DNA of 64,000 nucleotides from positions 1,488,001 through 1,552,000 of the forward strand of contig NC_027216.1 of NCBI RefSeq assembly GCF_000981445.1, in the 5' to 3' direction. This stretch comes from Babesia bigemina. Taxonomy: Eukaryota. This document shows, one piece after another, positions 1 through 13,500 of this stretch. The notes under the pieces are model-generated. The model saw only the letters and a program-made list of their open reading frames with translations, was not told the origin of the DNA and did not search any database. The position numbers and the translations under genes were made by a program. Position 1 is the stretch's first letter, and every line of letters starts with the position of its first letter.

Positions 1-403
1 AGATCACGAGAACGTCGGACTCCTGCTTGCAGTAGGGGCACTGGTGCACGTTAGAGTCGCTGTCGTAGAAATTCTTCAGACGCATCATGCACAGGAAACA
101 CATCAGATGGGTGCACTTCCCGACGGCGCATATGAGCGCGTTTTCGTAGCAGATGGAGCAGCACATGTAGCTGTGGAAGTGCTCCGAGACCGGCTGCTGA
201 GCAACCGCGGCCAAGTGCTCCCGGGTGAGGGATTGGGAACGCGCAACGCCGCTCTGCATATACACATCCAGAATGCTGTCATGGAGGTTGTCGCGGAACA
301 GCGTGTACGGCGATCCCAGGTTGGCCGGCCATCTGGCACGGCCTCGCGGACCGTTGTTGTTTACGGGACCGCCTTCCGGGCCTAACTGCCGTCTGCTGCC
401 CAT
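1..403 (-). CDS. RING-finger E3 ubiquitin ligase, ZNF598/Hel2-like (5' part only; runs off the window start)
   Basis: ATG at 403 (AAAATG context) opens a frame open to base 1: MGSRRQLG...YMCCSICYENALICAVGKCTHLMCFLCMMRLKNFYDSDSNVHQCPYCKQESDVLVI. This is a C3HC4 RING with the CxxCxxRL signature seen in Hel2/ZNF598. Not in the ORF track because it has no stop inside the window. Confidence 0.75.
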   Translation of the reverse strand, partial: MGSRRQLGPEGGPVNNNGPRGRARWPANLGSPYTLFRDNLHDSILDVYMQSGVARSQSLTREHLAAVAQQPVSEHFHSYMCCSICYENALICAVGKCTHLMCFLCMMRLKNFYDSDSNVHQCPYCKQESDVLVI

Positions 404-524
404 TTTGAGTCACACGAAGTATACACTAATATGTTTAACTTTGTAATCCACGGCTTCTACCGCGTTCCACCTCATACGGCGCGTCAGACAACCCGCTTGC
501 GACGCGGCGCTGTGGAACGGCACT

Positions 525-3491
525 CTATAACGCAGGCTCATCCAAGCCGCAGGAGTTCCAGTCCAGAAACAGCTGCTTCGTCTGAAACAAATTAGCAACA
601 GAGGATGCGTAAAACCCACTTCGTTAGGGCGCATGACCCGCGGACACATGGGACACTTGAACTCCAGCTTGCGGCGGCTGTTGCCGAAGCTCTCGACGCA
701 GATGCTGCAGATCACGTGCCCACATATCAGCATCACCGGGGGGTTCAGGCTGCAGGTCTGGTCCTTGGAAATAGGGCACGTTAGGCAGCTGTGGAAGCAG
801 AATGCCGGTCCCAGGTCAGACTCTATGGGCAGCTGCTTACACGTCCTCATCCAGGAGCCTAGTTCCGACAATACCTGCTTGTTAGAGTGCGGTATGTCCA
901 CTATGTTGGCCAGGCGCGGGTGCAGCAGGTAGCCGGCGCAGACCAGCACTGAAATCGGGCTGCGGGTAGCGTGAAATGTAGCGTAACCAAACACACCTCT
1001 CATAGGGTAGGAAGACGCGGACGTATTCATCCGTGTCTTCTCGTACATATGCCGTCTCGAAGGAGCCCTGCTTGGGACGGGATGCCGCATGTAAGCCTGT
1101 TGCAAAGGCCTGGCGCATGGTGGCCACGCTCTCGTTGCGGACTCCAGAGCTCGGAAGCGAGGTCCTCGTGCTAGGCGACAGTTGCACCACCGTGTCCGCA
1201 CTGCCAGAAGTGTCGCCAGCGATGCCACGCATTATCATGCGCAGGATTCCCTGCGAAATTTGGTACACCATAGCTAACACCCACCCTTACATTTATGTTG
1301 GCGGGTTCGCGAACAATTGTGGGCCTCTCACCCTCCACGCGTGACGTTGAGCTGCTTCCCGTGCCGGGTGACGTGGGTTCTGCCTCCTCGGCATTGCCGC
1401 GCAGCCCCCGGAACGCAATTCGGTGACCGTGAGAAGGGAGCACATCGACAAGACTCGGACGAGTAGGGAACGTTATTCGAATGCGCCGGCCAGCGATGCC
1501 TCCGGTAGACGACTCGTTTGCTGCGTTTTGTGTCGCGTACATCTCCTCGGAGGTGACGGGTGGGCCGGTGTAAACAGTCAGCGATAACGTCTGTTGTGGA
1601 TCCTCCGCTGAAGACGCAACGTTGAACTCCTGAGAATGCTGTTGTGCCGTGCCGGTCTGCAGGAACAAGGGGTATTCCGCCAGCAACGCCAGCTGGTTGA
1701 CGTTGGTGACGTTGAGGAACGACTCATCGGAGTTGTTGCCGGGGTTCATTAGCACGGCGGTGGCCGACGAATGACCGTCGCCTTCAGGCTCGCAGTCGTC
1801 ACTTGACGCGTAGCCATCATCCTGATTGTCCGTCTCATCACTGTCATGGTGCAACAGGCTAAACGTGTCAAACCTGAACGGCTGATCTGGAATTATCTGG
1901 CGACAAACGGTTTCAGGGTCGCCGTTCATTGCGCATAAGGTTTCCATAAAATACAACTGCTTCCTGTATGTTTTGTAGCCAATCAGTTCCATTTTGGCAA
2001 GGTAGATGTCTGTGCTCTGCGAAAGCGACGGGGACTGAAGACGCGAACAATTCACCCTAGGGCTACGCCGAGGCGGATTCCCTCTCTCAAGACGGTTCAT
2101 CCAACCCTTAGTGAGAATTTTAGTGGGTCGTTTAGATTGCCGAGAGGGCTGTTCGTGATTACGCGAAGTGCCTGATGAGGTCGAACGCGCCTCCAGGATA
2201 CCCAGCCATGACACGGTGACGGGATTTTGCTTTACTTCTGGGGGCAACTTGCTGCGCACCAAGTAGTCATCTTGCGAAAGCTCTTCTTCAAGACTCAGGT
2301 TACCGGCATATAGTGCTTTGCTTTTCTTTTCGGAAGTTTCTTCGTACTTTTGGTCCCATCCTTGACGCTGTCGTCTGGTCCTTTTACCGCTGTCTAAATG
2401 GCTGAAAGCTGAGCTTTCCGACCTCTTGATTCTGACACCGCTCTCGCAAAAGATCCTCACGAACGATTTTTCGGTATCTAACCTCAAGCTCAGGAACTCG
2501 GATGCGCTGGGCAAGTTCTCACCCAACAGGACCTGCGTCAGAAGCTCTCCAATATTTGCATTGTGGCAGTTCCACATTTGCGATAAGCCACTTGATTTCA
2601 CCTTTGAGATGCGTTCTGGAGTAAGGGAAAATTCCTGGTGCTGTATCTCCCCGTCTCGGAATACATAGAGGTCACCCAGCAGCTGAACCTTGTACAACTT
2701 CAGCAGGAGGGCGTTGAAACGGTCGACATGGAGGTGAGACCCCGCCACTTGTCGTTTCACCCAGTCTATCAGGGGATTTATGTCGTTGTTGCGAAGTTTG
2801 CCCAGCATATCGTGGAGGATGCGATAGGCGCGGACAACAGCCCCCGAGACCTTCGCTCGACAGTTGGCACCCCAACGCTCATTGGCTTCTGCCTTCAACG
2901 CTTCGTACACGTCGAACATGCCGTAATGTAGCAAGTGCATGCCGATCATCTGAACTACCAGTTGATCGTCGAAGTCCAACGGCGGGAGGACTTGGTTATC
3001 ACCATTATGCCCAGGCTTGAAACACTTCTTGCCAAGCTTCAAGTACTGGTTTTTAAACTCTTTAGTGATTTTGCTTCCGCGCCTATACACGTCCAGGGAT
3101 TTCACTGCCTTCGAGAGGTCTGCAAGCGTGGCGCGGAATCCGACATCGTGTTGGTCCTTATCCGCAGCTGTCGCAGTGGCCTTGCCGGGTGCGCCCGCGG
3201 CGGATACTCCATGGTTGGCCCTGCCTTTGTTGCAAACTGAGGCTGAAGGCTCACTCGAACCGTTGCCGGCAGCTTTATCTGTAGACGTTGGTGCAGATTC
3301 CACGGTGGTTTTGTTAACTCCATTCGTGTCAGAGAGAGCAACCACGGCATCCTGAAAACCGTTAGTGTACATAAAGCAGCTATTCCCACCTCCACGAGGT
3401 TCTTCAATGAGTCTATTTGCGCATACAAATCGGAAAACAGCGATTTCCGCCGCTTCTCCAGCGAAATGGCATCCTGGAGTAAGGAACCCAT
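525..3491 (-). CDS. RMND5: GID/CTLH complex RING subunit RMND5/Gid2-like (LisH-CTLH-CRA-RING), multi-exon
   Basis: LisH-like LVVQMIGMHLLHYGMFDVYEAL, CTLH-like INPLIDWV, C-terminal LPIESDLG..FHSCLTCPISKDQT..NPPVMLICGHVIC..FKCPMCP. Introns 3352-3389 and at about 1250-1290, 965-998 and 583-620. Last exon TKQLFLDWNSCGLDEPAL* ends at 525. Confidence 0.85.
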
Positions 3492-4503
3492 CGCAGCCTG
3501 GTAGGTTCGTTTACGTGACTTCCGCCTTACCGAATCTATATCACGAGTGGTTATTACGTCACACAGAACTTACGCATAGTATATCACTAACAACCCAGCC
3601 GCGATTTATGCCAGCGACGACACCGTCAGTTACCATCTTACAAAGGCTCTCCGACGGCAATGGTTAGAGAAGTAACATATGTTAACGACGCCATATTGTA
3701 TGATTAAAACCTGTCCTCGGCGATGTGTGGTCATCTGCGCCCTCCGTTATCATGCCGTGGCGGAGCGCTCGCCCATTCCACATACCCAACGGGCGAAACG
3801 GCGAGACGCAGTGAGTCTTCTTATGCGGCTACTATAGTGAAATAGTGGTTGCTGCTAATGAAGCGTATTGTGTGGTTAATATAGTTCATTTGGCGCGCAG
3901 CTCGGACATCCGTTGCACGTGCACATCTCACATGAACCTTCGCCAAAGACGTAGCCGCAGTTGTTGGCTGACGAGGTCTTCATATAAGCGCTGTCTGGCG
4001 ACATAACGCGCCATTCATGGCATTAGCTAGTCAGCAAAAGTATTCTGTAGGCTATGTATATTATGGTTAGACAACAACATTCCTAACAAAAACACGCATA
4101 GCGCATGTTGTAAGCCGCAAAACCTCCCTATGTAAGAGCTGTGAAGGCAATCAATGATGCTCTTAAGCCGCTGCTGAGCGATTGAAGAATCGTGCTCTAA
4201 GCGACTCAGGTGTCCACGGTGACGTCTGTGCCTAGTGGTACTGAATGCCGGAACGCTTCGACGTGAAATTTTCAGCCGCTGTGAACACCAATCCGTACGC
4301 TCATAACACATAATGCTCGCAAATAATTCGATTTTTTTGGAGTAATTGATGGCCCCAAATGATGCACCATCCGAATTAGCACATTATACGCTGTATGTAG
4401 TTCCTCGTGGCGTGTTGTGCGTCAGTAACACCCTACAATGCCTAAAAATGTTTATAATGAGCCATAGGGGTGATATTATGAGACCAAATGGTGACGTTGT
4501 ACA

Positions 4504-7500
4504 ATGAGAGCACAAAGTTCAAAATACAGCGATGGGGCGCAGTCGACCATAAGCGAAACCGTTTTCACCAGAGGTCTCAACGAAGTTGCTGCCATAACGT
4601 CGGCTTACTTCGACATCGACAAAGAGGCCGTAATTGAGTGTCTAAGTAAGAATGAAGATGTTGTTCGAGAAGCCCTCTTTGGCGCCGGCGCCACAGGTAA
4701 CCCACTGGTTGCAATATTGGACGGCGAAGGAGAGAGCCCGTCGATTACTCTCCAAAGAGGTTGGAATGATGCGATTAGTGATACTAAGACTGCAATTGCT
4801 TTTATCGCAGTAAAGAAAGGGGAGGACACTAAGGATAATCCCGACGGCGTCAGCTATCACATCTTTCCGTTTATGTGGAAACCAGGTTTTTCATCAGTCA
4901 ACATCGCTTTCAGATTGTTAAATGACGTCATTAATCCGCTGGTAGAGAACCTGAAATACCGAGAGAGCGAAGACGAGAAAAGGCACGGATACATCAATGA
5001 GGCTGCTAATGGGGTAAACCGCCTCTGCAATCTCTTTCTTCAATTGGACTGCAGGTCGACTGTACGCTACGCCAATTTTCATGTGGGGACATCACTCAGC
5101 AGAGTGGCAATATACATGGGCAGAGATGTGAAAAATTGGAACATTGAGATCCCCACAGAGGTGATGCTGGAAGACATCAAAAACAATGTGATCGAATGGT
5201 CAATAGAGATCGCACGCGTACTGGGTCTTTATGCCATTGCGATGCATGAAGAATCAGATTCTGATGGATCGAAATCTTCAGACGATGCAGAGGAAGACGA
5301 CGGCTACAGCATGACTTCCAGTGACCAGTCGTCGATCCACTCGTCGCCGTCCATACTATCGGTCATCGAATTGGAATCGAATAATACGGTTAGTGACATG
5401 GATATCCACGACATTCCCCAAATCCCGACGTTCGTAATACGGTCTGCGAGGTGCGGAAAACCCATGAATCTAAGGGATGAGGTCAGCTTCTGGTTAAACT
5501 ACGAAAACGCTCTCTTAGATCTGCAAGAACAGATTGCGTCAACCACTGTTCAATATACTCTAGGGCTTTTGGAATTTAATTCGGTGGATATAAACCGCAT
5601 ATACTGTTTTGCAGATGCGGTGGATGCAGCCTCAAATCTGACTGATCGTGTGGAGAACATCAACATACTCATGAAGGTTTTCCCCGTAGACGAATTGAGG
5701 TGCGCAAATAGCATGGGGCAACTGAAAGAAGGTATATACACGGTTTTGAAACATTTAGAGAAGATCAAGTATGTGAGGTATTACACCAATCGTAAGATCA
5801 CCGAGATGGTCATGGGTCTAACGCAGGATCTTTTGCAATCGTGCTATTTGCAATTCCATCAACACATAAAGTCTGAACTGGCTGGTGAGCGACGCAAAAG
5901 TTTTCTTCAATCAATGGACGAGATTATCCACATCTGGAAAAACGGGTTGACTCAGTTGAAACGTCATCTGGAAAAAGAAATGAGCGATTTGCGTGCATTT
6001 TCGACCGACGAAAGCCTGTCTATGCTATACGATGCTCGGAATGTTATAAATGAGTTCCATTTGTGCCAGTCCCAGAAGGAAGCCGTTTCAAATGATGTCG
6101 AGATCCTGCTGAACATCAAAACGGCGTTTGAGCGTATTCACGGAGAACGGCACACTGCGAGCACAATGGGCACAGACAATATCAAAAAGGCTTCGGATTT
6201 GTCGGTTGAATTGTATAAATGCTTTTTGATAAACGTCGACAGAAAGCTCGCAGAAAATAGTGGAGAGATATTCGACTTTAACATCATACTGCCATGTATT
6301 GATTCGTATGTTCACGTGCTTAGGAAGGTTGAAAAGGTTCTCACAGATAGCTTTTGTTGTTTCATAGGCAGTGTCAGAGGACTTAACGGTATACTGCAGT
6401 TGTTGCGTTCTGCTAATAGGCTGTCCATCTGCAACAACCCGTTAATGACATCACACGCTCTACTAAATACGGTGAATGTCATAAGACATGAAATAGAAGC
6501 ACTTGCCGCGGAATTAGACCCCGAAAACAGCGCAGCATTCTACATGAAGTATCTCTATCTGGACGCTGCGGCAACTAGGACGATCAACATTGCTCGTATA
6601 AGGGGCAAATTAAAGGTAGGTCTAAAATTTTTTGGCATCATATATGCAGGTATTTGAAGAAGTCTTGAATCTGATGCGACCATTGGTAGACGCTGGATAT
6701 CTTAAAGTTGCTCATGATTGCCTTAGGGCGCTACCACTGCAAGACCTCGAGGTTTCTTTGAACATTCCATCACCACCTACTTTATATATGCAGCAGAACA
6801 TTTTGAGGATTGTGGATGATGAAGTTGAAAGCTCAAAGAATCTTTTCTCGCTCAACACACCCTCTTGCTTTGACCAAACAATTGAACACTTGTACATGAA
6901 CTGCCTTGCAGATCCGTCGAAAGATATCTGCTTCACCACCTTGGAGTCTACTATATCGACTATAGTGACTTTTCGATTGACATATGAGGCCTTGGTCGAA
7001 CTAGTCGAAGCGCATCCGCACCTGGAGAATTCCCCCGACATCCCTGTACACTCATTTGAAGACGATTTGTATGAGATGTTGAAGAACAAGAAATGGGAAG
7101 ATATATTAGATCCCACGTATTTTAGAGAAGCTGTCAAATCTCTGAATCACATCTTCCTCAGGTTCTGTCATCTGATTGCAAGCGCATCATTTAATGATTC
7201 CATGTTTGCATATACGCATTCCTTTAATGCATATGAGTATTTCAGCACTGTAGTGGGATATATAAGGCAACAAAAGGTATTTTTTGAAACCCACGTAGGT
7301 CATGACGTGATTTCGTTTGTACCCCACCTTATACGGCAAGTTAAGACATCAACGATTCACTGGTTGGTTTCATAAGCAAGCGATCGAATTCTTATTCAGG
7401 CACAATACGGCTGTGAAACGATGGGTATCAGAAATAAGTGATGCTGCATTTGATGATCACGAATATTATGTTCAATTTGTAGAAGACGAGGATAACGATG

Positions 7501-10500
7501 AAATAGTCATGGATCCACCTTGCGAGAATATTCGGCAAGATTTGTACGACAAATTAAAGAACTTCGTGGATATACCTACTGCAATAGCTGATGAATTAAA
7601 GTCCTTGTTTCCGACTGAAAAGTTTAAGGAGTGGGAAGACACCAACGATTATTTAGCACCTGCCCATGCGGCAATCACTTCAATATTGACAAACCTACAG
7701 CAGCAGTTCAACAATTATAGGTTCTTTGAGCAGACATGGCAAACCTATTTCAAATCAAAAATCTATGAGCAGACAGACATTGACTCAATCTTACAGGAGT
7801 TGGATGATGTGTTACGCAGTACTCTAATTCAGACCCAGGCATCAATAGCACCTCTCCACATATCGTTATCTGATACTCTACGGCAGCGCAAACAAAAGAA
7901 TATGCAAACTGCTGTCATGAACGTCGTATGTGAAAATGCGCTGGACTCAGCTTTGCGGATGACACATGAGTTTCATCAGATTTCGGAAATGATGGGTCTG
8001 AGTAATTCCGATCAATCAGCAAACGTAAGCCGTTCGGCATCCGGAAGTTCATCAACGACAGTAAGCACAACAGGCGTAACAGTCACGCAAGTATCTTCGG
8101 AAGTTAACTTTGACTATCCATCATTCACCTCTTTGTTGGACAGGTTAAAAGAGGAGCACTCTCGACTACCTGGTGCAAGGGATGTTCTTGAAAGCTACAT
8201 CGAAATATGTCGCTTAATGGGTGAATTCCTGAATCCCCTCTATGGCATCTTTACAGCCAAGTATGAAATCATCACACATGAAGCAGAATGGGCCTCGTCT
8301 CTTCACCAAATTAGAAAGATAGAGCGCATCTGCAGGAGTCGCAATTGCCCCCTTCCGACATCTTGGGTTTCTTGCCACAAGTTGAAATCTTGTACTACGG
8401 ACCTAGTGGCATTCTCCAATTCCATATCGATCGATTTTTCAAATCAAATTCATCTAGACATTTCGACATTGTTTGATATATATGCGCATATTCAGGATCT
8501 TATGGAAGCGAAATGGAAGAAAATTCGAGATAAAATCGAAAAGGGTGTTATAGAATATAACCAAATCATGGTTATTCTAAATGAAACAAGTGCGACATGG
8601 GAACTTGTATCCTCTCAGATCCACGCTATAGAGGGCATCATGAAATTAACATCTACGAATCATGACCTGACGTATACGAATTCAGACCTTACAAAGGCTG
8701 TAGACGATGTCACTGAGTACACAACGCACTGGAAGAATGCTGGAACACATATATTCCAATATGAGAAGATTTTAAACGCATCTGCTAATGAACACTCGAT
8801 TCCGAAATTGAAGGTTGCGTTGGAAACATCCAAATTAGGTTTGTGTTCCTGTGGTCCGGTCGGGAAAGTGATGGAAAAGCGGATTAGTATTTTAGAGCAG
8901 TTATTGAATGGCAGTGTCGGTTCTTTACTCAGTGAAGCGCAGTTTGTCGAACGTGTAATAAGCGCCATACGGGCATCTAATAAAAAACAACTTCCCATGA
9001 TAGAGAATAATCTTAAAGTGAAAAATTGGCTGGAAATATGTGAAGTAATCTCCACAGACCTTTTTGAAATAGTGAAGCTTTTCGAGTTTCAGAAAGTGGT
9101 TAAAGAATACATCAACACCACTAGAAATAATTGGAACCACACAGCAATCATGTGGAAGTATGAATGTATCGATTTCTGCGAAAATGGTAACGACAAAACC
9201 CGTGAGGCAAAGCTATGGAAAGTGAAGAATTCGGACTCTATCCTCTATCAGATCGACGATTGCATGACTTATATGAATACTTACATAAGCTCGAAATATG
9301 TAGAAGATTTGGCAGACGAGTTGAAAGAGTGGATGAACAAACTGTCAGAAACCCGTACTTTCGTAGAACAGTGGACGGAGGTGGAAAACAAGCTATCGTA
9401 TCTATGTACCATTTTCTCATCTACCATATTGCAGAAACAACTTCATGAGCAGGCAGAAGCTCTTAATCGCCTGCTGGAGAATCAAGAGTCCCTAGTGGAT
9501 TCGGTGAAGTACCTAATGGATGCAAGGCACGCATCGAAGGACCTAGATAAAATGCTCACCGTGATATATGATGTTGAGAAGGTGTTGAGGTGGTATTTGG
9601 ACGACCAGCGGTTTGTATGTCCTCGATACTTCTTCATCCGTGATGAAGAACTCTTCCAGATTGTTGGTCAAGCCAATGTAGATCGAGTAAAGCATAATAT
9701 ATCTAAGATGTTTTCGGGTATTGCGGAGTTGCATATTGAAGATGATCGGATATGTGCCATAGTATCCAAAGAATCAGAAATTATGGAGTTGGCGAATCAT
9801 GTACCGCTCGCAAACATGGAAACCATCGATCTGGTTTTAGCACTGGAGAAAGAAATTAGAAACACACTACAACGTGATATTGTTTGCAGCGTAAAAGAAT
9901 TAGAAGGTATATATTCCCTAAGTAGCTTCCGTCATGATTCTTACTTTAAGTGGGTGGAGGCCTATTGTTCACAGGTTTTAATAATATCGCTGTCGATTGC
10001 GTGGAGTAAAAAGATGGAAGCTATGGCACGTGATGAGGATATTGAAGAGCTGATAACTTTGCTTACTGCGTTGATTAAAAGTTCGTCAGTAACTGAAGGT
10101 TACAGCCCCGGTCTTGCACAAAAGATGCAACAGGCCCTAATCTTCCTAATCTACCAGCTCCAAAAAACGCGTTCGTTGTATAGAATTGACTCCAACGCCC
10201 ACAAGTGGCGAAGTTGCATTCGTTACTACCTAAACGACGATGGTTTGGTGGAACTGCGGGTCGCATCTAGGGTATATCCCTACGGTTATGAATTTATGGG
10301 TCAAGGCCCTAACTTGATTCTCACATCGCTTACTGAAAAGTGTTTCACATCCATCTCCGATGGACTGGAGTCGAATCTTATAGGTAACCCGCAGGGGCCT
10401 GCAGGTACTGGGAAAACGGAGAGTGTGAAGGCGTTGGCCATGCTGTGTGGCTACCCGTTTCTGGTGTTTAACTGCAGTGATGATTTTGACTCCAGTGCTA

Positions 10501-13500
10501 TGGAGCGCACCTTTGCTGGTTTGTGCCAACTTGGCGCCTGGGGCATATTCGATGAGTTCAATCGGCTGGCGGAGGGAGTGCTATCTGGAGTAGCGGAAAC
10601 GGTACAGCGCATTGTTGTCTCCAAGAAAAATGGCGCCGCTGATATTCAACTTGCTGGGAGGAACGTCCAACTGAATAGTAACATCGGCATCTTCGTTACC
10701 ATCAATCCGTGCTATATCAGTCGCAACAGTTTCCCTTTGAATTTGAAAATGCTTTGCAGGCCGATAGTCATGGATAGAGTGGACTTGAGGCAGGTCATAT
10801 ACGTTTTGCTGCAATTGAGTGGCATAGAGGAGGCATCAAACATCGCAAATGATTTATGTAACGTTCTGAATTGCTGTGGCATCTGTTTCACTGACGGCAT
10901 CTATGATTTCGGTCTAAGGTGTTCCAAAACTGTCATCGACTACATCCATAAGCTCATGAAAACAACCACTCCAAATGAGAATATAGATATGGATCATTAC
11001 GCCACTTTGATTTTAGAAAAAGCTTTGGTATCGCTTCTATCCCCGCAATTCCCAACATGGGATTCGACAAAGTTCGAAATCATTCTACGCTCCTGCCTCT
11101 TAGTTGGCAACACTGCAGCTTCGTCACCCATACATATCCCTAATATGAGTGACATGAGCTTTATGAAGCTACTGGAAGAAAAGTATGCAGAAGTACTGAA
11201 AGGCGATTACATTAAGAAGAAAGCACTGGAACTCTACCATCTGTTGGGAACATCCAAGGCAATCGTACTGAACGGTCCCACTGGTTCTGGCAAAACTTTG
11301 TGCCTGACAGTAACGCTTGAATTAATTGAAGCGTTGGATCAACATACATATGATGTTGTTCGTTTCGATCCAAATGCACTAGACACAGATGAGTTATATG
11401 GTCAATGTATTAACGGCGAATGGAGAGACGGACTTTTCACGTTTTTAATGCGAAAATACTCCAATAGCGAGAAGAATGTAATTTTCATATTCGACGGCGA
11501 AATAGCCGCCACATGGGTGGAAAACATGAACTCGGTTCTGGACGACAATATGGTACTGACACTGAGCAATGGGAATCGCATCCAGCTCACGCCGAATATG
11601 AAAATATTATTTGAAACGGATTCACTCAAACGTATAACTCCTGCGACTGTTTCTCGTTGTGTTTTGATAAGGTTCGGACTGGATGATAGCCGGTACGACA
11701 TGAGATGCTATCCCGAGTATTTTGAGCTCATCGAAGAGGAGCTAATTTTGTATCGCTATCATGTGCTTAATGCACTTCTCGAAAACTCTGAAGATGATAG
11801 CCCCAATTTTATATTTTCGTTTGTAAATGCTTTCGGGTGCCATATGGGAATCAATGGTTTTGAGGAACTAGTTAGTGCTGTAGACAGGGTCAGCAAGCTT
11901 CGTGGAGAAGGAAACATTTCGTATGCAGTATCTGAAGACGCAATTTTAGAGAAATGTGGAAAAAGTAGATTGGAATACGTAATCTCCAGATTTATATACA
12001 GCTCGATTTCGTTCGTTTTCAATGGCCATCGCGGTTATGATTTCATCGGCCGGATTAAGCAATCCATAGCATCATTTGAGCAGTATACAATTGTACAAAT
12101 GTATCTATCTAAAGGTTGTACAAGTTCAGCAATACTGGATGCGTTATATAAGCATTCTGTAGTTACTCAAGAAAATTCACAATTCACGATGTCACCAGTA
12201 GACCACACTGGAAGCAATTCTAGAATGTTGTTGTTGATTAGAGATCCGGAATCCGTAGTCATTGAAAGATCTTTTGATGCTACGGTTTACGCTCTTCTTC
12301 GCCAGATTGTGGAATATAAGAGGTTTTACACCCGGAGGAAAGATGCAGATGAATGGATAACAATACATGTGAAAAATGTATCAATTGTTATCATTACAAG
12401 CACTTCAGAACCGAGCATGCTACCTCAGAGGTTGAGGCGTATTATGCCTGTCATCAACATCGAAAATTTTGCAAGCGGGGACGATGCAGCAGCTTCCCAT
12501 ATGCATGTCGGTTTTGAAAAAGAAGTGGATAATAATGTATATGAAGCCAATAGAATGCTGAAATGTTACAAAACGCTAACAAACACGTTAGCGAATACTG
12601 GAAAATACTTGTCAGATGGAGACAATCGTCTCTTGGAAAGCGCTATTCAGAGTAAGCAGGACTCTCGACATTGGCAGCTATTTTGGGCAATGATGAATTA
12701 TAAATATGGATTTTCTATGGTTAATAATAACTGTACCTTTGTAAATGCTGGTAACGACATCGACATAAAAATTCCGTGGCTATTTGAAACCGATTTGATT
12801 GCAATTCAGGATTTTAAAGAAAGGTGCCATTTTATGAAAAGCTTTTTCGACTCGGAGATTAAGGTGCTTAGCATAACTAATGGAAATATGGCCATCAGGG
12901 AAAAAGTTTGTCACTCAGTATCGACGTGCAGCGGCCACAGGGTGGCCTCATTGAACTCTGCATTGTGGAATAGTGGTATGCAAGACATTTTGCGAAACAC
13001 CGGTTTGTATTCGGAAAAGATTTGCATATTCATTGATTGGGACGCGCTTGTTTTTCAGAGCCCAGAAATGCTCCATGCTCTGAAAAATATAATATTACAA
13101 GGTAATTACACAGCACTGCTGACGACAGAATGCGTAGAGCAGTTGCGCCGCGATTTCGCAGACGCTGATGAAGATGTAGAAAGCTTTGAATCGAGGCTTT
13201 TAGCCAATATACAGCGCAACCTGAAATTCGTTTTCTCTGCGAGATCGCCAACTTTTGATCCGTCCATCGTCGATACGGGCGCATACCTCCCAATGCCTCG
13301 ACTGTCCACACTATTCAAGAATACGATGCAGGCGGCAATTATGCAGATGAACACGCCAATTTGTTTAAGCACCATATACGATATGTACATCGGCTTGTGT
13401 CAAGGTCACGCCAACTTTTGCGATTATCTGATTTTTGTAAAGTTTACCCATGATCGTTCAGAAAAGCGCATGATTAAACATGAGAGCGATTATACGCACT

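Noticed and set aside
3700..4030. GC-richer segment with GTGAGT...GCGCAG intron-like signals and a short TCGCCC/GGGCGA stem between RMND5 and dynein
   Set aside because: No spliced frame gives a recognisable protein and no ncRNA family motif is evident. It may be UTR or promoter sequence.
6600..7400. Apparent frameshifts splitting dynein into three ORFs (possible pseudogene or programmed frameshift)
   Set aside because: Fully explained by canonical 34-nt and 37-nt GT-AG introns that restore the frame.
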